Positions 11,833 to 22,279 of a stretch of DNA of 64,000 bases are shown here, piece by piece. Position numbers and translations under genes: made by a program. A model generated the notes under the pieces. The model saw nothing but the letters and a program-made list of their open reading frames with translations, did no database searches and was not told where the DNA came from. Position 1 is the stretch's first letter; each line of letters starts with the position of its first letter. The stretch covers positions 32,612,001-32,676,000 of the forward strand of contig CM060731.1 of NCBI GenBank assembly GCA_030704615.1. Direction: 5' to 3'. The stretch is from Takakia lepidozioides. Its lineage: Eukaryota; Plantae; Bryophyta.

Positions 11833-12224
11833 TCTACTTGACATTTTATCTTGGACTCTGCCTCAATTGTTTGGGTTATCTTTTATTTTATTACGGAGTT
11901 TGCACTCTGCATGCTCATAGATGACCTCACAAATGTGAGTTCAAAGTTTACTAGCCTCACTTACATATATTTGTCTTAGGTCATAGGCCTGTTTATCTTT
12001 CCTTTCCTGTTTGTTTCTGATTTTCTCTTCTGAAAATCCCTCTAAAGGACCAGTTCTTCTCAGTACTTTTTGTTTTTGCTACCTGTAAGTATGGGGATCT
12101 CATGTGTAGAAGGATATTGTCTTGGGTTGCAGGTCCCTATGCAAATGAGATCTCTAAATCGAGTAAATTGCTCTGATAATGTAAAGTCATTTGATTGTCT
12201 TGTCAACCCTCAATAGTGCCCACT

Positions 12225-12360
12225 CTTGGGAATGACAATTCCAATCATGCTAAATCCCTAGAGTCCGTTGAGGTCGCAGCACGCAACGAAAGTATATCGG
12301 TTTGTTCTAGAACAGCTAATGTGGCTGTTTGGGGGAGTTTGGGATACCTCCTGCAAACTC
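12225..12360 (+). mobile_element. Short degenerate fragment of LINE family A
   Basis: DNSNHAKSLESVEV...CSRTANVAVWG matches DNSNQAKSLESIQV...CSKTANVAVRG of ORF 10500. Confidence 0.7.
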
Positions 12361-13669
12361 CAATTTCACCTACTGACCTTGTCCAGGCAGCAATCACAGC
12401 CGCTTGAGCAGCCAAATGTGCAGGTGCAGGAGGTGGGGCACCAGTACCTGAACCCATCTCAATTTGAGCAGATTTCTTGCCACCACTGCCGAATTGCATT
12501 CACTCGACACAACACTTCTGACCGCACTCCTTACTTCCCTACTCTCTCATTCTCTCGTAGGAAACATGATTTGCATGCAGGACCCACAAATGTAGCTTGG
12601 CTATGAACTTGCAGCCTTCTCACATACTGAAGCCTACAACTCAAGACAACAGGATCATAGTTGGTAAGTGTTATGAATGCGAAACTGAGGGAGACATGCA
12701 AGATGAAAGATATGATGCGCAATGGCCCCCTGCCACAATCGCAACGACAACATGCACACACTCTGCACGCCAGTAAAGCTCCCAAACAATGTGCAAACTC
12801 AAGTGTTCAAGTAGCAAGGAGCTCCGAGCTCCGTGAGAGAGAAGCTAAAAGCACATGAGACTTGCTCTCGTGCCGCAATCCTGACCCTCCTATCTTGGAT
12901 GCCAAAATTCATAACCATAATGGAAAAATCTGGAAGATTGCTCATTCAAGACATGTTGGTCAGGTGGGTCTGGGACCAGAAAGTTGGGCCCAATTGATCA
13001 AAATATGCAAAGACCGCAAGCAAAAATCCAAAAAGAAATGCTTCAAACAGGCCGTATGGACGCTTAGGGGTTAAGCCTTAAATGAGAGGAGGTTGAGCAC
13101 AAAGGCATATTCCAAGTATTCCAAAAGATTTTGGAAATATGCTCTGTAAATCCAAAATGTGCGGTAAGAAATATGAAACTATCTGAAAACTGTGCTCACG
13201 CAAAAAAAAATCATGAAACTAATCGTCCAAAGCTTAACTCGCGTGAGCACAAAGACCCACAAATATATATGCTAGAACTCAAAGATCAGCGCACGTTGTG
13301 GCATTTGGTAACATTGTGTGTAGATCATCTCCAAGAACCACACAGAAATCAGCTTTCGCTGGCTAAACGCAAATGGTTTCAAGCTCCTTATATATGTTTA
13401 AGATTCTATTTAGACACCATGGAGACCCTATTACCGTAGAAAGACCCTATATCCGTCTATTATATGCATTTCTGTTGACCCCTATAACCGTGGATCCCGC
13501 TCATGGGGCAATGTTTGTGCTCTGGCCATTTGTGCTCACGCGGTACCAACCCCCAATGACGAGCACCCTTTTGGTGGGCACACTTAAAAAGAGGGCATAC
13601 CCTCATGGATGAGGGTATAACTTTTGACCCCCAATCATCTATAGGGATGAATTATACGCATATATATAC

Positions 13670-14074
13670 GCCTCTCATTTTAAGATAATAGGGTCTTCAA
13701 TGGGCACGGGCGATGTGGCCGGTGGGCCCCGCACACGGACGCCCGGCTCCCCAGCACCCCGCCCGCCCCGCCCCGTCCGCCGCTGCGCGCGGTCGCCCAA
13801 CCACGGGCGCGGCTGCAGCAACCGCGCCCGCGCCCCCGTCCGCCGCGTGGCCAGTCCCCCGCCCATGAGTCCGCTGCCCTCCAGTTTGCCAGTCGGCTGC
13901 CCAGCAGTCTGCCCGCCAGTCCGGTGCTGGCCAGTCCGCTGCCCAGCAGTCTGCCAGTCCGCCAGTCTGCCCGCCAGTCCGCTGGCCAGTCCCCTGCCAT
14001 CCAGTCCGCTGACGGCGCAGGATCGCCACCGTCCATTCCCATAACCCATCCGAGCCCTCCATTTTTAGGGCTGC
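13670..14074 (+). repeat. Left TIR of MULE (GC-rich, ~405 bp)
   Basis: Near-identical reverse complement of 26469-26862 apart from small indels. Confidence 0.95.
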
Positions 14075-15822
14075 GAAAATGGCAATGATCTTCCCACCAA
14101 ATCCCGGCCGCTCTCTTTTGACGGCTGTTTGTTGTCCGATGTTGCGGTAGGCGTTTCCATGCACGCGACTGTTCCTCTTTTGCGCTCATGATGATGATGA
14201 AGCGCGTGCTTGAACATGGTAAGACTGTCTGGGCACTACAGCCACCATCGTGCATATGCTTCCACTATTTTTGCCTTCTTGTTGTGCTTTCGGGAACCTT
14301 CGTTTTATGGTTTGGTTCTATGTCATAAATATGGAAAATGCGGACATCTGTCGTCGATAACGTCCTCTGCTTGTGATCCGTCATGATACGTTTAGCCCCT
14401 TCATACTGCATCCCTCATGAGAGCCTTCACAAGTTTAGTTCGTTAAAGGAACCCATGGGTAACATGGGCGCGAAAATGGTGGAAGCGTATGCACATGAGG
14501 GCGTGTATTGCAGATTTCGTATCGCACGATGGGACTGTTTATGTGACCAAGTATAGCGGCTTGCATCCGTCGTGCATAAGTTGTGGAAAAGGGTGGAGAA
14601 TCTGAAGAAACCCAGCTTTGTGATGGATCCACATGGTATTATATAAGGGATGGCAGCACAAAAAAATAATTTTCGAGTCGTCAAGGAACACCATCCAGTC
14701 GTAAGGTCCTCAAACATCCACACGCACCTGCTGAATGCAGATGTCTGAGCCACGACGGGAGTAGGTGCAGAATCGGTACATTGTCGCATTTGCCAGGAGA
14801 CAGACCAGGCTGAGACAATTGCATCTGCAAATGCGCGTGGATGTTTGAGGTTCGTTGTGTCGCGAGTCTGTTCATAGTGGGTCTGCTGGCCCGTCAGTGC
14901 TCCGGATATTCCCCTTATCGCGTGCATAACAGTCAGTTTGGAGGCGGTCTGCTGGAAGTCCGTCTGTTGGGATATCAGTCTGTCACACTTGTGAATTTGT
15001 CAATCTGTTGTGTCGGAAGTCTGTTGCACTAAGTCTGTTTGACTTCTTATTTTCCCTCCCGTCAGTCTTTTGGCTTGTTCTCCCGCCAGTCTGCCGAAAC
15101 GTCCGTCTGCTAGACAGTTCTCCTCTATGGATATCAGTCTGTTGGACTGTGCATGCATCAGTCTGTTGTGCCACGAGTCTGTTCGCAATGGGTGTGTTCG
15201 ACTTTCCTATTCTCCCCTTACTTTCTTTTGTCTTCATTCCGCTGGCAGGGAAGTGCCTCCAATATGAAGCCGCTTCGCCTCAGCAAAGCAAATAGTCCGC
15301 TGGACTGGCGGTCCGCTGGACTCTCGGCCCGATGAGAAATGAGTCTGTTGCACTTGCGAGGACCGTGGATGAATTAAGTACGATGCGTTCGTTCGGTGGA
15401 CGTACTCAATGCGATGACGGTGGATAGTTGGCGCCTGTGAAATCGCGGCACGTTGGCAGTGCCATGCCCGCTTTCCCCCTTCTACTTCTACTTTCTTCTC
15501 ATGTTCCATGTGCGATCGACTCCATTCTCTTCGCGTATGTTTCTTCGCACTGTTTTGCACTGTTTTGTTTTCCTCTTTGCGTTTCCATCACCGTAACGAA
15601 AGACGACCGTTCTTCCCCAGGTGTGGAGAGTCGCGGTGAGCCGCGAAGCGTCGCAAACACGCTCGCCTTCGTAACAACTCAAAGTTCATCGGCTCGGTGA
15701 GGTTCTCACTTGCTGTGGTGTTTTCATTCCATTCTGTGTCATCTTCTTGCTTAGGGTGAGTCTTTTCATAGGACTTCTATCTGTCGCTCATTGTCCTTGC
15801 ACCTTCGTTTCATTCTGCAGCG

Positions 15823-18800
15823 ATGGAGGATGCTTGTGAAAAGGGTGGAGCGGACTGGGTGGATTTTGTGCACCAAACCAGACTGAAGAAGGAGCGAAGG
15901 TACTAGTACTCACCAGACGAGTTTGATCATAAAATAGTGGAAGCATTTGTAGACCTCCGCGCCCGGAAGCCCAAAAACTCGAATTGGCAGAAGGACAAGC
16001 TCTTCTGTCTCTTCTGTGAAGAGGTTATCAAGGACAAAATCCAACTAAATCGGCATTGTGTTGACACGGGTTGCAAGGAGACTGTTGCAATGATTCCACG
16101 GGATTTCAAGCCTTGGCCGATACTGAAAGAAATGTCGATTGTCAAAGATGCCACAATGCGCTTGCGCGGATCAGTGCTTGACCCCTGCACTTTGGAATTA
16201 GACGAAGTGCGCGCACGGTATGGCATCCATTGTGGTGGCCCGTCATGGAGGATTTGCAAGTGCAGGGAACGCCGGACGCTCCCAGAAAACGTAAACTGAG
16301 TGATGGGGCCCAAAAGAAGGAGAGGCAAAAAAAGGAGAAGGCTGCAAGGTCTGCTGGCGAGGCAAAGGCAAAATCCACGCAACAGACTGAACACCGTCCT
16401 GGGCGGCAGACCCACACCATCAAAACTGATACTGAAAATGAATCTGCTTTGGGCCTGGAAAGGGTGACAAGTCCAGTGGACATTGACTTGCCTGACCAGA
16501 CTCGGCAGTAGACTCACACAAATATCGCGACCCATGCCATCGGTTTAGGGTCAAAACCAAAAACTCAATAGAGCACTGAAGGGCCAGTTTGCCCTGGCAC
16601 ATTGCGCCTCGTTGACTTTGGGCTTTTCCCACCTGAGTGCCCACCAATTGGGGATCCAGACTTCTTCCGTTATTTCTACAGAGTTGCCCAGTCAGGTCTG
16701 CTACGTACATTCATCCGACAGGCGGAACAGAACTGGTTGAACAGCTTTGAAGATGAAGATGACGATGATGAAGTAGAGGAGGTAATGGTCAGTCTGACCG
16801 TCCAGTCTGTTCTCTGTGTTATTTGAGTCCATCATCGGGGGGTCACGTTGCCTATTCAGTCTGGTCAGTCCGCTGGCTCACTCCGCTCGTCAGTTAGTCT
16901 GTTTTATATCGCTACATTACTTACTGAGTCCGTTTGTCAGTCCACTGGTATAGTCTACTAGTTGCCTCCACCCTACGTACGCACGTTACAGTCTGCTGGT
17001 CTGTGAGTCTAGTCCGCTGCATGAGGTGAATATAGAATCCACGTCCATGTTCCTGATGTCCAAGTTCTCTGCCGTGTACCAGGATGAACGTGTTTATATT
17101 CGTAGGGCCATTCAGGCTTGGCGGATACCTAGCAATGATGCTCCTTTACAAGCGACTGCAGTGCGTGTGGAAGTGGACCGCGTGCGAGAGTACATATTAT
17201 TGAAGTATCATGGGTCATCTGCTGCTATAGCGGCATTACATATTCAAGACGCGTCGGGGAGGAATGCATTTGGGACAGGCGAGTCTGCCATCCAGCAGTC
17301 TCCCATTCAACAGGCCGTCATCCAGCAGACTCCCGTTCAGCAGCCTGTTATCCAGCAGACTCCAACGGAGCAGACTCCCAACGAGCAGTCTGTCATCCTG
17401 CAGACTCCTCTCCAGGAGCCCATCATGCAGCCCATGCCAATGGGAAGTCCTGTCATCCAACAGACTGCGGACCAGCAGACTGACCAGCAGACTGCCTTTC
17501 TCTCACATAGCACGGCGCTTTTTGCAGTTTGGCGATCGCCATCACCGGTAATTCGACCCGGAGCTGAAGACCTCACACTTCCCCGGCTTAGGGTGGGAGA
17601 AATTAATCCCCATTTGGATTGGCATAATGAGCTCCACCGGATTGTTGCGGACCGCCGGTGGTCATTTGTACCCTTTCATTATTCCATGGAGTTTTCTATT
17701 GAGGAAGCCAACCATGTTCTAGAAGCCGCCTCTGCTGTTGCCATTGAAGCCACAAGCGACCAAAATGCGCCGCCTCTACTTGTGCAGCTGATTCTCATGG
17801 ATGACCCACGGCCTGAAGACCTCAGACATATGCCTATGGCACATCCAACCTTTGGGGTGTGAAGAAAGCACTTGTTCGGATTGACTGAGGAGGACTTTGA
17901 GCGCATGGCAGCTTTCTTCCTACAACACAGATAGATGCAATTTGGCAATTTCCGCTCATACAACAAGTTGATGAAGGATCTGCATAGTTTGAGGATGGAC
18001 TTACTCCATGGAACAAACCATTCACAGAAGTTTGTGGTGGATGATGCATTGCACTAGTTTGCATTGGTGATGGAGCGAGCAGTATTCGACATTATTTTGC
18101 AGAATCCCAATGTCTTCAAAGTCTTGTGGTGTGGGATCCCAACTGAAGACCGCATCGGCGCCATTGCTCATCTCGATGGAGCATGCCTGTGCCGGCAAAT
18201 CAAGGACATTGGCCTCGTCGGAAATCTCTTGGAAGGTAAAATGTTATGGGCAACTTTCGTGTTTCAGCTCAATTTCTTTTGCCAACTTTTTTACAAGTTC
18301 ACATTTGCATAAACATGTGTTACAGGGCGAGTTGATCTGGGAGACAAGCAAGTGCAGGCTGCTTTCGACTCTTTTGCCAGAGGTGCAAGGGACATTGTCC
18401 TGGCTTTACAAGGAGTTCGGGAGACTGTCCAGCAGACTGGCCACAAGAATGTCGAACAACATATTCCCCACGACACATGTGGGCAGACTGCCCAAGTCAT
18501 GGAGACCGAGCATGTGCACCAGACCGTCCCGGGTAATAGGCCGGATCACTCCCAGCAGACTGCCCCGTACACACATACTCAGTATGTGCAAACAATACTG
18601 AGCGGGCAGCGAACTTTGCAGACTTTGCAGCAGACTGGAGAACAGACCGACGAATCCAGCCAGCAGATTGCCTCTCAGCAGACTGTGCAGCACACTGGTG
18701 AACCCACTCAGCAGATGGCCGAGCAGACTATCTAGGAGACTAACAGCCAGTCTGTTCCCTGGATTGTGCAACAGACTCGGATGCACTGGCCTCACCGGGA

Positions 18801-21454
18801 CCCTGTGGACGAATTTCTGCTGAGTTCCCAACAACATGTTTTTGGATCTGCCTGTATGAGTGTTTTGACCGAGTCCACTTTTCCCCAGGCACATTCACTG
18901 ACGACGTCATCAGGTCACCGGTAAAGCATTCTTATCCAGCTCCCCGTGGTCTGTCTTCTATGACCTTCCAGCTTAGTCCCATTTTCGTGCGCTCAGTGAC
19001 GAAAGCGAAAGCCATAGATGAGTCTTACGTGATGACCGAACTCAATCTGGGAACACAAAACCATATCATAGATCGTATAGAAGAGTCTGAGGAAGTAATT
19101 GCTGGTGGGTCTTCCATACATATGTTGATGTTTCCCAAGTCCATGGAGATCCGAACACCCAGCCGGTTGTCCACCAGACTGACCAGCATACTGAACAGTG
19201 GACACATGGAATGACTGCCGAGCAACCTGTGGCGGGGCAGCATACTGTCTTCATTGATGAGCAGACTGAACCGCAGACTAACCAACAGACTGCACAGGTC
19301 ACAGATGGAAGGATTGACCAGGATGGCTTGGAGCGGCAGACTGCACAGCTCAGCTCTGACTGCACAATTCAGACTGCACGGCCTGACCAGCACACTGCAC
19401 ACTTCACAGAGGGAAGGACTGACGACCAACCTGCCACCGAGCACATTGCCCACATTGAAGAAGAGACTGAACCGCAGAGTTGCCAGCAGACTGCACAGTT
19501 CACAGACGAAAGGACTGACGAAGAACCGGCGGCCGAACAACCTGCCCACATTGAGCAACAGACTGAACATGCTGGCAGGCACACTGACAAGGAACCACAT
19601 GCAGCGCAGACACCGTCTGGTATAGCGCTGGATTACATGGAGTCTGCTCCCTTACCCCTTGGGCAGGTTGTGTCATTTCCTCTTTCAGGACTATTATTTA
19701 TATTTTAGCACATTGTGAAATTGGGCTAATTCGTCATTTTGCTCGGTATCCTCACAGGATGTTTGTCCCTCCATCGGCAGACTATCTACTTCTGAGGACA
19801 TGACATCTTCTGCCCATGATGCAAACGTGGGATCGACAACCAAGAAAGGTGTGGGGTGAGCACGCCTACTGATGCGCGGGTCAGTTCTACGCATGCAACC
19901 CACGAAGCTGCAAAGACAGGTCCATCAAGTATAAACAAACCTGCTGACCAGCCTCTGTTGCGAAGTAGGGCGGCAGCGCTGCGTTTGTCTGCTCTATCCA
20001 GCCCGCCTACAGCTGTCCCTGCTTCCTAGGGGAGAGGCAAAGCCAAGAAGCGGACTGTCGTGGACCATGCTGAGGAGGTCGAAGAGGGTCCGAGTACCAA
20101 GAGACCGGCGAAGAAAAAGTCTGGCGTCTTTATGAACAAGAACCGCAAGCTGGCCTTGGACATGGACAAAGATGTGGGTCGTTTCCTGGAGCAGCACATG
20201 TGAGTACTGTGCTCAGTCTCCTCGTCTGTCTTTGTCGTTAAGTGCTTTGCGCTCTGTTGTGGTCAGTCTGCACGTTGGTCAGTTTGCTGCTGGTTTCATC
20301 ATTGTCTGTTGTGGTTAGTCTTGTCAGTCTGATGAATTGTTCAGCCTGTAGAGTGTTTGGTACCGTGTTGACGTCAGTCTGTTCAGTACATGAGGCTTCC
20401 CGAAGGATGGTCTGCTCTGTGCAGGATGGGTGCTCGGTTTGGCAAAGCACATGCTCTGCACGTGAAGGCGGGTAATTCCATGCTGATGTTTTTTGAAGGG
20501 GACCCACGGTTTGAATGCGGACTGTCACGGGATGACATAAAGGCGCTCCAGAAGGTTGAGTCGGAGTGCACAGATAGACTCCTAGAGCTGTGGTGTCGAT
20601 TCTATGAGAAGTTGGTTGAGGCTGCGTTCACCAACACTATTGCTGTTCTTCCAACGTCGACGTGGACGGTGTTGAAGTCATTGGGGGTGAGGCAACATGA
20701 AAGCCTTCTGGAGATCTTGAAAGGTTGCCTCAGCACTGAACGACTGGGTAATGACTTGAAAGAGTGCGATTTCATTTTGGTGCCGATTGGGGACGAGTAA
20801 GAACTCTTCTGAGTCTGCTGAGACTGTCTCCTGAGTCATAGTCTGGTTTCGCAGTGTCGTCTTGACTCTGAGCGATTAAGTTGACCTCTGTATTTGTGCA
20901 GTGGACTGGGTTTGAAGATTGAGTCTGCTGAGTGCTGAGTCTGCTGAGTGGTCGGTCTACTAAGTATCAGTCTGCTGAGTCTGCCCATCATGATTGTGCA
21001 ATGACGTCATGTTGTTTGATACCATTGCAGGGGGCACTGGAGTGTTTGTATCATCGACCTCCGCAAGGGCTATTACACTCACCTGAACTCTATGAGGGAC
21101 TCGCATAAATGTCCCTTTGTTCTAGGGTGGATTTGGAAGCTTCATGCTGAGTGCTTAGGGTACTCGATGGACTCACCAGAGTGGCATGAGATTGTCCAAG
21201 CATTTCAGTTCCACGCGCCTGATGTGCCCCAACAACCATTCAGCTGGGAGTGTGGCTTTTACGTCATGTCATTCATTCAAGTGTTTTATGAGTGGGTAAA
21301 AGTCAGAGCAAATGTCTCCAAGAGTGCAAAGCCAGAGAGAGGAACACCTTTCACGAAGGACTAGTTTACTTTCAAGTTTGCACTTGGGCAGCGAATGCAG
21401 TGTGCCCAGTATATCGTGCGGGGGTTGGACAATGTAGAGAAACTGCTCTCATGA
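15823..21454 (+). pseudogene. MULE accessory gene: N-terminal C2HC-like finger, Gln/Thr-rich repeats, C-terminal Ulp1-like (peptidase C48) domain; multi-exon, disabled by nonsense mutations
   Basis: FCLFC-x12-H-x5-C near 16000. C-terminal DFILVPIGDE|GHWSVCIIDL...HLNS...VPQQPFSWECGFYVM across intron 20797-21030. In-frame stops at 15904, 16509, 16569, 17860, 18733 and 21362, and a frameshift near 16240. May be more than one gene. Confidence 0.75.
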
Positions 21455-22091
21455 GTATGATGTACTTGTCCTGTGAAGTCTATGTACCGAAATAAAAATT
21501 GCGAGTCTTTCCGCTTACTATTCCAGTGGTGATGAGCACTTTTGTGTACTGTGGGTGCTGGCATGTTTTGTAATGTTGTCACTAAACTCAATGGACACAA
21601 TGGTGTCAATTTTTCCATGCACTATGCACCCGAGTCTGCTGAGCTTGAATGTGCGAGCAATTGCTGCCGAGGCTAGGACTGGTGGGTCTGGTACCTAGTC
21701 TGGTAGGCACCATGTCCATGAGTCCGCTGGGACGCTGGATTGGCATGAGTCGTTAGGGAGGTAGTCCACTGGAGCCTGTCCATTTTGAGTCTGCTGTTGT
21801 GGATGAGTCTGCTTGAGACTTAGTCTGTCCAGCAGTCTGTTCGAAGAGTTGCAGGGATGAGGTGGAAGTGTGGTGAGCAGACTTTTGGAGTGGGCAGCAG
21901 ACTGACCAGCAGACTGGCTTACTGGCGCTCGCAGTCTGTTGACTGTGACTCTGTTGGGAGACTGCGTGAGTCCGTTGGGAGACTATGCTTGGGAGACTAC
22001 GTGGGAGTCAGTTGGGAGACTGGAAGAGTCCGTTGGGAGACTGTGCATTAGTCCATTGCGGACTTGTATTTCAGAAAGGGACAATGCTACC

Positions 22092-22279
22092 AGAGGAATT
22101 GCAGACTTATATTGTCTTCTTCGTGACACCTACACGACATGAAACCTTGTCTCTTTTCGAGGAATTACAGACTTATATTGTCTTCTCGACGTGAAACCTT
22201 GTCTCTTTTCGAGGCATTGCAGACTTATATTGTCTTCTTCGTGACATCTACACAACCTGAAACCTTGCGAATTTTCGAG
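22092..22279. repeat. Imperfect 3-copy tandem repeat (~53-67 bp) at the transposase 3' end
   Basis: gagg(a/c)att(g/a)cagacttatattgtcttct and gaaaccttg each occur three times. Confidence 0.85.

Noticed and set aside
13675-14255. Overlapping Gly/Arg/Ala-rich ORFs in the TIRs (also 26481-26877, 24307-24927)
   Set aside because: Stop-poor GC-rich repeats that are open in most frames; no domain signal.
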